A DNA stretch of 64,000 nucleotides from Devosia sp. (GTDB lineage: Bacteria > Pseudomonadota > Alphaproteobacteria > Rhizobiales > Devosiaceae), in contig DATMSY010000021.1 of NCBI GenBank assembly GCA_035565135.1, positions 17,589 through 81,588 of the forward strand, in the 5' to 3' direction. Positions 36,601 to 46,025 of the stretch are shown here, one piece after another (position 1 is the first letter of the stretch; every line of letters begins with the position of its first letter). The notes under the pieces were generated by a model, which did not search any database, was not told where the DNA came from, and was given only the letters and a program-made list of their open reading frames with translations. A program made the position numbers and the translations under genes.

Positions 36601-37415
36601 CACGCGGTAAAACCCCCATCGACCACCACATTGGAGCCGGTCATGTAGGAGGACGCATCGGAGGCCAGGAACTGGATGACCCCGTTATATTCGTCCTTTT
36701 CAGCCTGGCGGCGCATCGGCACGCGTTCGAGGAAATTGTCGACGAATTCCTTGTCGAAGCTGCCGGTCTTGACCCCGCCGAACGAGATCAAATTGCAGCG
36801 CACATTCTGCTCGGCCCAATAGGTGGCGACATAGCGGGTGAGATTGACCAGGCCCGATTTGGACGCGGCATAGGACACGGCCTTGAAGAACGGCACGCCA
36901 TCGCGTTTCTCGCGATAGGCATAAAGCGCCTGATTGGGCGAGACGATGCCATAGATCGAGCCGACATTGATGATGCTGCCGCGCCCGGCCGCCGCCATCC
37001 TGGCGCCGATCACCTGGCTGCACAGCATCACCCCGGTCAGGTTCACATCGATGATGTCGTCCCAATATTTCTGCGGATAGGTCTCGAAGGGACCGTTCTG
37101 GTCAGCCTGCCCGTCGGGCTTGGAATCGATGCCGGCATTGTTGACCAGGATGTGAGGCACGCCCCAATCGGCAATCAGCGCGTCGGTCGCCGCCTCCAGC
37201 GCCGCCTTGTCCGAGACGCTGGCTTCATAGACCCGGATGCAATCCTGTCGCCCCGGAAACAATTCTGCCAGCTTGTCCGCGCCCACCGGCCGGCGGCTAT
37301 AAATTGCCACCTTCGCACCGGCATCGGCCAGCGAGCGCGCAAACTCACGCCCCAACTGCCCCAGCCCGCCGGTTACGACTGCAATCCTTCCTTCGACACT
37401 AAACAGGTCAGCCAA
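36597..37415 (-). CDS. Short-chain dehydrogenase/reductase
   Basis: TGGLGQLG, NNAG, YAASK and VVDGG motifs; TTG start. Confidence 0.92.
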   Translation of the reverse strand: MADLFSVEGRIAVVTGGLGQLGREFARSLADAGAKVAIYSRRPVGADKLAELFPGRQDCIRVYEASVSDKAALEAATDALIADWGVPHILVNNAGIDSKPDGQADQNGPFETYPQKYWDDIIDVNLTGVMLCSQVIGARMAAAGRGSIINVGSIYGIVSPNQALYAYREKRDGVPFFKAVSYAASKSGLVNLTRYVATYWAEQNVRCNLISFGGVKTGSFDKEFVDNFLERVPMRRQAEKDEYNGVIQFLASDASSYMTGSNVVVDGGFTAW

Positions 37416-37429
37416 CCTCTTTCGCCTCC

Positions 37430-37458
37430 ACTTATGACATAAGTCATATGTCATAAGT
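37430..37458. promoter_or_regulatory. 11-7-11 inverted repeat overlapping three tandem heptamers, putative GntR operator
   Basis: ACTTATGACAT-N7-ATGTCATAAGT; CATAAGT-CATATGT-CATAAGT at 37438-37458. Confidence 0.65.
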
Positions 37459-37558
37459 TGCGTAGCGACCTTTGGCAACCGCTCATCTGCGCTTGCAGAC
37501 CGAACGACGGGCCAGGGACAATAATTGCAGCCCCCGACCCGCCGCCTTCGGCAACAGC

Positions 37559-40500
37559 CTACTCAGCGGCCATTGCGGTCGGCATGTCCGGCTGCTCGGC
37601 CGTGTCCTCATGGACCGCGTTTGTCGTCGGTTTGATCCGGAACCATGCGGTGTAGAGCGCGGGAAGGAAGAGCAGGATCAGCACCGTGCCGACCGCGGTG
37701 CCGCCGATCAGCGTATAGGCCATCGATCCCCAGAAGACGGAGTGGGTGAGCGGGATGAAGGCCAGCACAGCGGCAAGTGCGGTCAGGATCACGGGTCTGG
37801 CGCGTTGCACCGTGGCCTCGATGACGGCGTGATAATCGTCGAGGCCCGCCGCACGGTTCTCCTTGATCTGTTCGGTCAGGATCAGGGTATTGCGCATCAG
37901 GATGCCGGCCAGCCCTATCAGGCCCAGAATGGCGTTGAAGCCAAAGGGTTGATTGAAGGCGAGCAGGACCGGTACGGCACCAACAAGGCCAAGCGGCGCC
38001 GTCAGCATGACCATACTCATTGTCGAGAACGAACGCACCTGCAGCATGATGACAATCAGCATGGCGGCGATCATGATCGGGAAGATCGACGCCAGCGCGC
38101 TATTGGCCTTGCCAGCCTCCTCGATCGACCCGCCCATTTCGATGCTATAGCCGGCCGGAAGCGCGGCAATCAGCGGTTGGAGAGCCGCCATCACCTGCAT
38201 GGAAACCTCTGGCGGCTGGCTCGCCTCGTTGATGTCGGAACGGATCGTGATGACGGGGAGACGATCGCGGCGCTTCAGGATCGGCTCTTCCAGTTGGACT
38301 TCCGCATGGCCGATCTGGTCGAGCGGTATCTGCTGGCCTTGCCGGTTCATCAGTGAGAAATCCGCCAGGCGTGTCGGGTCCAGCCGCTCGGTCCCGGCGC
38401 TGCGCGCCACGACGGGGACATTGCGGATGTCCTCGCGGACCTGGGTGACCGGAATGCCGGTAAGGAGAAACTGGAGCTGTTGACTGACCTCTGCCGGCGA
38501 GAGGCCGAGCAGATTGAGACGATCCTGATCCGGGACGAAACGAAGCACGGGCGTGCGATTGCCCCAGTCACGATTGGCCTCCCGCACGTCGGGAACGCTC
38601 CGCATGATGTCGAGCGCCTGTTCCGAAATGCTGTAGAGTTGGGTGGGATCGGGCCCCATGATCCGGAATTCGACCGGGAAGGGCGAGGGGGGGCCGAATA
38701 CGAACTGGGTAACGCGCACATAGGCCTCGGGCGCCAGCCCCTGGACCACCGCCTCGCGGAGCCGGTGCTTGAGAGCTTCGCGCGCCTCCGCGTCCGGCGT
38801 CAGCACGACGATCTTGGCGAAGGCAGGATCAGGCAGTTCCGGCGCCAGCGAGAAAAAGAACCGCGGCGCTCCCTGCCCGACATAGCTCGTGACGATCTCG
38901 GCTTCGGGCTGTTCCTCCAGCCAGTTTTCGAGCTTCTCGACCGCAGCCGTTGTTGTTTCGATGCTGCTGCCCTCCGGCAGCCGGACCTCGATCAGTGCCT
39001 CGGGACGGTCCGAGGTCGGGAAAAACTGCTGTTTGAGTGAGCCCATGCCGACGACGGAAAGCACAAGGGCGATGCCGACGATACCGCTGACGACGAATTT
39101 GTGGCGCACGGCGAAGGTGATGAGCCGCCGCAAGCGCTGATAATTCGGAGTATCGTAAATCGCCTGGTGACCGCCCTCGACCGGTTTGATCTCGGGCAGC
39201 ATCTTGACGCCGAGATAGGGCGTGAAGATTACCGCTACGAGCCAGGAGACGATCAGCGCGAACCCGACGATCCAGAAGATGTTGCCGGCATATTCGCCGG
39301 CCGATGAGGGGGCAAAGCCGACCGGCAGGAAGCCGACGATGGTTACGAGCGTGCCGGACAGCATCGGGGCTGCCGTATGGCTCCACGCATAGGCGGCCGC
39401 CTTGATGCGGTCCATACCCTCTTCCATTTTCACCACCATCACCTCGATGGCGATGATGGCGTCATCGACCAGAAGACCAAGCGAGAGGATCAGCGCGCCG
39501 AGCGTGATGCGATCGAAGAAGCGACCTGTTTCCAGCATCACGAAGAAGACGACGGCAAGCGTCAGCGGAACGGCGGCCGCGACGACAATGCCGACGCGCC
39601 AACCCATGCTGACCAGCGCAATCAGCAGGACAACGCCGAGCGCCATCGCGAATTTCATCATGAATTCGTCGACCGCATGCGTGATGTTGACGGCCTGGTC
39701 GGTTACCTTGTCGAGCACTATCCCGAGTGGCAATGTCTCGGCGATGGCCGCGGTCCTGTCCTCAAGCGCCTTGCCGAGCGCCAGACCGTCCCAGCCGTCC
39801 TGCATCACTGCCGCGAGCATGATGGCGGGTTCGCCCTGATGCCGGATCATATAGGTCGGCGGGTCCTCATAGCCGCGCCGCACCTCGGCAATGTCGGAGA
39901 GTTTTAGCGTCCGCCCGGCAGCCACGATCGGCGTGTCGGCAATCGCCTGCACGCTATCATAGGCGCCATCGACCCGGATGAAGACCTGCGGCCCATTGGT
40001 GTCGATCGATCCTGCAGGGGTAACCGTATTCTGCCGCTGCAAGGCGCCCAGAATATCCTGCGCGGAAACGCCCAGCGTTGCCAGTTTGGCATAGGAGAAC
40101 TCGACGAATACCTGTTCGGGACGTTCGCCAAGAATATTGATCTTCTTGACGCCAGGGACGTGCAGGAGGTCCTGGCGGATCGTTTCGGCCTGCCGAGCCA
40201 GTTCGCGCATCGGCATGTCCTTGGCCTTGAGCGCATAAAGCGCGAAACTCACATCGGAATATTCATCGTTGACAAAAGGGCCGTACACGCCCGGCGGCAG
40301 GCTGCGGGCTTCGTCGCCGAGCTTCTTGCGGGCCTGGTAGAATTCCTCCTGCACCACCGATGGCGGCGTGCTGTCCTTCAGCGTCAGCATCATGAGCGCG
40401 AAGCCCGGCCGCGTGGTGGTATCAACCCGATCGTACCAGGCCAGTTCCTGGAGCCGCTTCTCCAGCGGCTCGGCAACGAGATCCTGCATTTCGCGCGCCG

Positions 40501-40669
40501 TTGCGCCGGGCCATGCCGCCGTTACCGTCAGGTTCTTGATGGTGAAGCCCGGGTCCTCCGCCCGCCCGAGCTTGACGAAGGCGTAGGCGCCGGCGGCCAC
40601 CAGCAGGAGGATGAAAAACAGGGTGACGGCACGTTCGCGAACGGCGATCGCGGAAAGATTGAGGTTCAT
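37559..40669 (-). CDS. RND efflux transporter permease (AcrB/AcrD/AcrF family)
   Basis: About 1036 aa; GLLVDDAII and RARPVILTALA motifs; typical RND topology. Confidence 0.95.
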   Translation of the reverse strand: MNLNLSAIAVRERAVTLFFILLLVAAGAYAFVKLGRAEDPGFTIKNLTVTAAWPGATAREMQDLVAEPLEKRLQELAWYDRVDTTTRPGFALMMLTLKDSTPPSVVQEEFYQARKKLGDEARSLPPGVYGPFVNDEYSDVSFALYALKAKDMPMRELARQAETIRQDLLHVPGVKKINILGERPEQVFVEFSYAKLATLGVSAQDILGALQRQNTVTPAGSIDTNGPQVFIRVDGAYDSVQAIADTPIVAAGRTLKLSDIAEVRRGYEDPPTYMIRHQGEPAIMLAAVMQDGWDGLALGKALEDRTAAIAETLPLGIVLDKVTDQAVNITHAVDEFMMKFAMALGVVLLIALVSMGWRVGIVVAAAVPLTLAVVFFVMLETGRFFDRITLGALILSLGLLVDDAIIAIEVMVVKMEEGMDRIKAAAYAWSHTAAPMLSGTLVTIVGFLPVGFAPSSAGEYAGNIFWIVGFALIVSWLVAVIFTPYLGVKMLPEIKPVEGGHQAIYDTPNYQRLRRLITFAVRHKFVVSGIVGIALVLSVVGMGSLKQQFFPTSDRPEALIEVRLPEGSSIETTTAAVEKLENWLEEQPEAEIVTSYVGQGAPRFFFSLAPELPDPAFAKIVVLTPDAEAREALKHRLREAVVQGLAPEAYVRVTQFVFGPPSPFPVEFRIMGPDPTQLYSISEQALDIMRSVPDVREANRDWGNRTPVLRFVPDQDRLNLLGLSPAEVSQQLQFLLTGIPVTQVREDIRNVPVVARSAGTERLDPTRLADFSLMNRQGQQIPLDQIGHAEVQLEEPILKRRDRLPVITIRSDINEASQPPEVSMQVMAALQPLIAALPAGYSIEMGGSIEEAGKANSALASIFPIMIAAMLIVIMLQVRSFSTMSMVMLTAPLGLVGAVPVLLAFNQPFGFNAILGLIGLAGILMRNTLILTEQIKENRAAGLDDYHAVIEATVQRARPVILTALAAVLAFIPLTHSVFWGSMAYTLIGGTAVGTVLILLFLPALYTAWFRIKPTTNAVHEDTAEQPDMPTAMAAE

Positions 40670-41784
40670 CACTTGCTCTCAGTTTCGGCCGCGGGCCGGA
40701 CGCGAGCGCCCTCCTGCAGGAGATGGGCGCCGAGCGAAACGATCGCTTCCCCAGCATTCAGTCCGTTGACTATGGCAGCTTCGCTGGTCATGCGGACGAG
40801 TTCAACGGGTCGGAAATTTACCGTTGAGGTGGCACGGTCCAGCACCCAGACGCCGGTCTTCTCGCCGTCGTCGAGCACGGCGCCCAGCGGCACCTGCATT
40901 TCCGGCTCGCTCGCCTGGCTCGTCAGCAGAAGGGTTACGGTCGCCCCAAGCGGTGTCGCAGCGGCCGCGTCATCGAGCACATAGCGGGCCTCATAGGTCC
41001 GGGTCTGGGCGTCGGCGGAGTTCGATAGCTGCCGCAGATGCGCCGTATAGCGCCGCTCATCGCCGCCATAGACGCTGGCCTCGGCCACCGAGCCGAGCGC
41101 CGGCCGGATGGTTTCGGGCAGCGCGACCACCGCTTCGCGGGGACCGGCCTGGGCGATCCGGACCACCATCTGGCCGGCCGAGACGACCTGTCCCGGCTCG
41201 CCCAGCGTTTCGACCACCGTTCCGTCAACGTCCGCCAGCAAGACCGCATAGGTCGCCGCATTCTCGGCAACCCCTGCTTCCGCTTCAGCGGCGGCGAGTT
41301 GCGCCTGGGCTGTGTCCAACGCGGCCTTCACCTGCTCGTAGCGCTGTCGAGTAATCCATCCATCCGCCAGCAGGGCGGCATATCGCCGTTCATCCGGCTT
41401 GGCCTGATCGACGATCGCCCGCGCCGCGGCAACCGCGTTGCGCTTGGCCACAAGCGCCAGGCCAAGATCGGTGTCGTCGATCCGCAGCAGCGGTTGGCCG
41501 GCGTTGACCTGCTGCCCGACATCGACGAGCCGCTCCACGATCTTGCCGGCAACGCGAAAGCCGAGATTACTCTCCACCTTCGCCCCGATGATACCGGTGA
41601 AGGAGCGCTCCAGCCCCGCCACCGGCGCTGCCGTGACCAGCCTGACAACCGGCGGCTCCTGCCTGGGATCACCCACGACGGAGGCGCTCTCAGCATGAGG
41701 GGAAAGCGTGACGAATGCGGTCGCCCCAACCATCGCCAGCAATACGCCCCCAACCACAATGGCGGGTCTTTTCTTCATGCTCAT
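40669..41784 (-). CDS. RND efflux membrane fusion protein
   Basis: N-terminal TM, FRVAGKIVERLVDVGQ lipoyl-like motif, alpha-hairpin, ADAQTRTY. Confidence 0.95.
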   Translation of the reverse strand: MSMKKRPAIVVGGVLLAMVGATAFVTLSPHAESASVVGDPRQEPPVVRLVTAAPVAGLERSFTGIIGAKVESNLGFRVAGKIVERLVDVGQQVNAGQPLLRIDDTDLGLALVAKRNAVAAARAIVDQAKPDERRYAALLADGWITRQRYEQVKAALDTAQAQLAAAEAEAGVAENAATYAVLLADVDGTVVETLGEPGQVVSAGQMVVRIAQAGPREAVVALPETIRPALGSVAEASVYGGDERRYTAHLRQLSNSADAQTRTYEARYVLDDAAAATPLGATVTLLLTSQASEPEMQVPLGAVLDDGEKTGVWVLDRATSTVNFRPVELVRMTSEAAIVNGLNAGEAIVSLGAHLLQEGARVRPAAETESK

Positions 41785-41867
41785 TTCGATCTTCCAAAAA
41801 TAGATTGCGTTCGGACGCTATGGCTCTGCCGCGCCCTTACACTCCGTTCGCATGATGTTTTTTCGGG

Positions 41868-42341
41868 TCAGAGCCAGCGGCGAACTTCGGCCTTGTAGTG
41901 GCGGTAGTCCTCACCGAACTTCGCTTCGAGGTAGCGCTCCTCGCGAGCAATCACCCGCGTCTGGATCGCGATCAGCACCAGCGGGAGTAAGGCGAGGGCG
42001 ATCGGCACATCGAAGCCGATTGCAAGGCCGGCATAGATAAGCGCCATTCCGAGATACATGGGATTGCGAGTCCACCGATAAGGGCCGGTCTTTACGATGA
42101 GGATTGTCGGCTCCGACGGCCGAACGTTGGTGTCCATTCGCCGGAACAGCCATGTCGCCGCAAGCATCATCACCAGGCCGGCAAGCAACAGCGGCGCGCC
42201 TGTCGCAACCAGCAACCACCAGTCAATGCCGAAGGAGCGCGGAGCGACGAACCGCTCCGCCGCCAGCCCCAACAGCAGCGCTCCCAGATAGACAACGGGC
42301 GCAGGGAGGCGCACACCCGCGCTGTCCGGTTTGGTGGCCAT
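41868..42341 (-). CDS. Isoprenylcysteine carboxyl methyltransferase/PEMT-family membrane methyltransferase
   Basis: GPYRWTRNPMYLG and EERYLEAKFGEDYRHYKAEVRRW motifs; GGAGG RBS. Confidence 0.9.
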   Translation of the reverse strand: MATKPDSAGVRLPAPVVYLGALLLGLAAERFVAPRSFGIDWWLLVATGAPLLLAGLVMMLAATWLFRRMDTNVRPSEPTILIVKTGPYRWTRNPMYLGMALIYAGLAIGFDVPIALALLPLVLIAIQTRVIAREERYLEAKFGEDYRHYKAEVRRWL

Positions 42342-42363
42342 GCTCATCCTCCGATCTGTCTTC

Positions 42364-43257
42364 TCAAACCAGCATCGACTGCTGGGCGGAGATACCCGCC
42401 GTCGCGCCTTGCCATGACGCCGTGGTAACCGAGGGCATTCCGGGATTGGCGAGATCGCCGGCGGCATAGATGCCGGGAATGCTGGTTTCGCGGCGCTCGT
42501 CGACCTTGAGGGCGATGCCGCTGGGCGTGGTGACCGTGGCGAGGCCCAGTGATTCATGCAGGCTTGCCGAGGGCTTGTTGCGCGGATGCGCGAACAGAAT
42601 GTCGACCGCGACATCGGGGGCGCTATCGAGCTTGATGGTGGCGTTATGGCCCCCATGACGGGCGACCCCGGTGATCCGGTCATCGACGACAGCTATATTA
42701 CGGCGCGCCAGATCGGCCCTTGTATCGGACGGAATGTCGTGACCATCGGCAAAAACCGTCAATGTGTCGGTCCAATCGTGGAACAGCCTGGCCTGATTGT
42801 GCGACTGCGGACCGGACCAGACGAGGCCCCAATGCTGGCCGGCCACTTCAAAGCCGTCGCAATAGGGGCAGGGCACGATGGACGTGCCCCAGGCCTCGGC
42901 AAAGCCGGGAACAGCGGGCATCTGGTCGACGACGCCATAGCTCAGGATCACGCGGCGCGCCCTGAGGCTTTCCCCATGCTCGGTAAGGACGGAAAAATCG
43001 TCGATGACGCCGGAAATGCTGTCGGCTCGGGCATTGATCAGCCGGACCGTGGGATAACGCGCCAGCTGCTGCCGCGCCTCGGCCAGGATATCCAGCGGTG
43101 GCTTGTGATCATGGCCGAGCAGGCCATGGGAATGGCCGGCAAAGCGATTGCGCGGCAGGCCGGTATCGAGAACGGCGACCTTGCGGCGGGCGCGGCCGAG
43201 CTGCAGGGCGGCAGCGAGACCGGCAAAGCTGCCGCCGATGATGATGACGTCTTCCAT
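42364..43257 (-). CDS. Thioredoxin-reductase-fold FAD-dependent oxidoreductase with a CPYC motif
   Basis: GGSFAG, CPYCDG and GIYAAGD motifs; canonical NADPH-binding GxGxxG/A is absent. Confidence 0.88.
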   Translation of the reverse strand: MEDVIIIGGSFAGLAAALQLGRARRKVAVLDTGLPRNRFAGHSHGLLGHDHKPPLDILAEARQQLARYPTVRLINARADSISGVIDDFSVLTEHGESLRARRVILSYGVVDQMPAVPGFAEAWGTSIVPCPYCDGFEVAGQHWGLVWSGPQSHNQARLFHDWTDTLTVFADGHDIPSDTRADLARRNIAVVDDRITGVARHGGHNATIKLDSAPDVAVDILFAHPRNKPSASLHESLGLATVTTPSGIALKVDERRETSIPGIYAAGDLANPGMPSVTTASWQGATAGISAQQSMLV

Positions 43258-43320
43258 GGTAATGAGTTCCGCTTTTTGGATGGAGGGTTTGGCCAGCCCG
43301 CGCACATTGGCTTGCATTTC

Positions 43321-43369
43321 AGATACTGTGTGGTATCTAATGTATGTATTGAGATACTGTCAAGTACTG
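43321..43369. promoter_or_regulatory. Putative TetR operators
   Basis: AGATAC-tgtgtg-GTATCT at 43321-43338 and a second AGATACTGT copy at 43352, between divergent genes. Confidence 0.65.
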
Positions 43370-43377
43370 GAATTGTC

Positions 43378-44031
43378 GTGACCGAAAATATTCAGACCCG
43401 ACGCGGCCGCCCCGCCAACGAGGCGCTGGGCCAAACGATCGTCGACGCGGCGTGTGAACTCTTGGGGGAATTGGGTTTTCATGCGACGACCCTGGACAAG
43501 GTCGCCCAGCGAGCCAAGATTTCCAAGCTCAGCATCTATCGGCATTTCGAGAACAAGGAGGCGCTGTTCAGCGCGGCCATCGCAGCCCGCTGCCGTCAGT
43601 TTGCGCCGCAGACGCTTTTGGAAGGGGTCGAGGGTTCGGCTGAAGATCAGCTCATGGCGGTGGGATCATCCCTGCTTCGCACGCTGTTGAGCCCGGACGT
43701 CCGCAATGTCGAAGCCATGGTGATGGCCGACAAGACGAACCAAAAGTCGTTAGGCAAGATCCATTACGAAGCCGGCCCCGTCCATGTCATCGCCCAGGTC
43801 GAGGCCCTGTTGCATCAGTTGCACGCGAAGTCGGTTCTGAACGTGCCCGATCCGCACCAGTCCGCCCGCTTGTTCGCCGCGCTTTTCAAAGGATCCGATC
43901 TCCTGCTTATCGCGCGCTTCGATGCGGCGAGAGCCGGGGACGACGCCGAAATCGAATCTTACTGCCGGTCGGCCGTCGCCATGTTCGTCGCCGCGCATGG
44001 CGGCAACGGCGCCACTATGGCTCCGGTTTGA
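43378..44031 (+). CDS. TetR/AcrR-family transcriptional regulator
   Basis: RRGRP and TTLDKVAQRAKISKLSIYRHFENKEALF motifs; GTG start. Confidence 0.93.
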   Translation: MTENIQTRRGRPANEALGQTIVDAACELLGELGFHATTLDKVAQRAKISKLSIYRHFENKEALFSAAIAARCRQFAPQTLLEGVEGSAEDQLMAVGSSLLRTLLSPDVRNVEAMVMADKTNQKSLGKIHYEAGPVHVIAQVEALLHQLHAKSVLNVPDPHQSARLFAALFKGSDLLLIARFDAARAGDDAEIESYCRSAVAMFVAAHGGNGATMAPV

Positions 44032-44495
44032 CCACCCCGATCGACCGTGTGCCGATCAGGGTACCCTTGACGGCGTCAATCGCGCCCGGCTTGAGCTCGC
44101 GGCCCCGGGCAATACCCCAGGCTCGTGGAAACGGTGCATTTGTGCGGTGATTGGCGGAGAGAGAGTCAGGACGGACTAGGCTGTGTCTGGGCCTTTGAGG
44201 CTGCGCAGCGCCGACGACCTACGAGACGACGTACGCGAGGGGCCGATTGGCTACGTTCGGGGTGGGAAGGAGAATGGCGGCTTTTTGCAACGCCATAAGG
44301 AAAGCAGACGTCAAAAGCCGGTCGGCCCAGCCGAAGCCGGAAAATTACGAACCTGACTTCTGCACCGTGCAAGTTATTGACATTGCAGAGCGTGAAAGTG
44401 CTGGAGAAATCTTGATTTGTTCAACTGCGTCTAACAGTTTTCCAGTAATATAGATAGCTTGACTAAGGGTAGCGCTGCGCGCGGTCGGGGGAAGT

Positions 44496-45851
44496 ATGAA
44501 GTCCATTGTGACGGTCAACGCATCGCTGCCCACCGTCGAGGATCGGTTCGAGTACTTCTCGGGGGCGTCGCTCCGAGATTATGACATCGCGCTATTCGAT
44601 CCCACTTTGCCATACCTTACCCGGATCGAATTTAGTGGCGGCGGTTCGTGCATAGATATCGAAAGCACGAAGCGATTGGATACCGCATTGAAGCATTGGG
44701 CGACGGAAATCGGCGGCGCCCTCTCGGCTGGCAAAACGATCTTTGTGCCCCTTGCTGAATACGAGGAAGACTCTGGTGCCATCGGCTACGAGGTAGGCAC
44801 CCGAAACCACAGGTCCTACAAAACATACCCGCTGCACAATTACCGGGCCTTACCGTTTCCGCTTTCGGTGAAGAACGCAAAAGGGCGCCAGATAGCAGTC
44901 GTTGACGGGATGTTCAGAGGCCTCTTGGACACTCTGAAGGAGGTCGCCACCTATCGAGTCATTTTAGATGAGAGTGCCGGCCAACCAATATTTGCCGCGA
45001 AGGATGGAGCGGCAGTTGGTTCCGTGCTGAAACCAAAAGGCGTACCAGGCCACCTCGTGCTGCTGCCATACTTCAACATGATCGAGCACGATACCGCCGA
45101 TCCCGAAATGTGGTCCGATGAAGCTGAGCGTCTGTCGCATGGTATTGTTGCGCAACTCATCGCAGTGGATAGAGCCCTTAAGGCCGAGGGAGCTATAACA
45201 CCGCCGCCCAAGTGGCTGGCCAGCGCACCTGTACCTAAGCAAGTGGAGGTGGTGTCCAAGGAGGTCGCGCGGATCGATGCCGAGATCGGGATGTTAGTAA
45301 GCAAAAAAGAGGAAAAGCTGGCAGAAACCGAGGCCTTGATGGCTCATTCGCGTTTGCTGTTTGAGACCGGCAAGCCCTTAGAGGCCGCAATAGAGGCCGC
45401 TCTTCAACTGCTTGGCTTCACGGCGGAGAACTACCGCTCGGGCGACGTAGAAATTGATCACATCTTCGTCGGGCCGTCAGGAATCCGGATGATTGGTGAG
45501 TCAGAGGGCAAGGAAAATTCGTCAGTAGACATCAATAAGTTTAGACAGCTCGAGTCCAACATCAACGAGGACTTTCAGCGAGAAGAGGTAACCGCAGCCG
45601 CCAAGGGAGTGCTTTTCGGCAATGCCTACAGATTTACTGAGCCCGCGTTGAGGGTAGATCATTTCACGGCCAAGTGCGTGACCAATGCAAAGCGCTTGGG
45701 AACAGCGCTTGTACGCACATCAGACCTTTACGATGCGATCGTTTTCGTCCTTGATCACCCCAACGACCATCGTTTTGTCGAGCGTTGTAGAATGGCAATC
45801 GAGGAGACAAGCGGCGGCATCGTGGTGTTCCCCGCGCCTCTTGACAACTGA
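44496..45851 (+). CDS. Hypothetical protein: unknown N-terminal domain, coiled coil and restriction-endonuclease-like C-terminal domain
   Basis: 451 aa; visibly more A/T-ending codons than the flanks; LEAAIEAALQLLGF...EIDHIF...IGESEGK...FRQL pattern. Confidence 0.7.
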   Translation: MKSIVTVNASLPTVEDRFEYFSGASLRDYDIALFDPTLPYLTRIEFSGGGSCIDIESTKRLDTALKHWATEIGGALSAGKTIFVPLAEYEEDSGAIGYEVGTRNHRSYKTYPLHNYRALPFPLSVKNAKGRQIAVVDGMFRGLLDTLKEVATYRVILDESAGQPIFAAKDGAAVGSVLKPKGVPGHLVLLPYFNMIEHDTADPEMWSDEAERLSHGIVAQLIAVDRALKAEGAITPPPKWLASAPVPKQVEVVSKEVARIDAEIGMLVSKKEEKLAETEALMAHSRLLFETGKPLEAAIEAALQLLGFTAENYRSGDVEIDHIFVGPSGIRMIGESEGKENSSVDINKFRQLESNINEDFQREEVTAAAKGVLFGNAYRFTEPALRVDHFTAKCVTNAKRLGTALVRTSDLYDAIVFVLDHPNDHRFVERCRMAIEETSGGIVVFPAPLDN

Positions 45852-46025
45852 CCCTCTATCTAAGGCGAGTAGTTTGCGCTCGAAACGGCGACCAAGGGCA
45901 GCTTTTGGGAAGCTCGCGGCTAGCCCTGAACGACCAATATGGGGTCGTTTCCAGACGGACCGCCAAGCGCCCTCATGTTCGCCGTTCAAGCGCTACTGGT
46001 GTGTTCCGGAGAGCTGTCCGTTGCT

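Noticed and set aside
42556-44031. Apparent 491-aa TetR fusion
   Set aside because: The N-terminal part is antisense to the flavoprotein gene; TetR starts at GTG 43378
27584-44382. TAAGTCATTGA (27584) and CAAGTTATTGA (44370) as integrase-associated sites
   Set aside because: Short; no integrase or tRNA nearby; both overlap plausible TTGAC -35 elements
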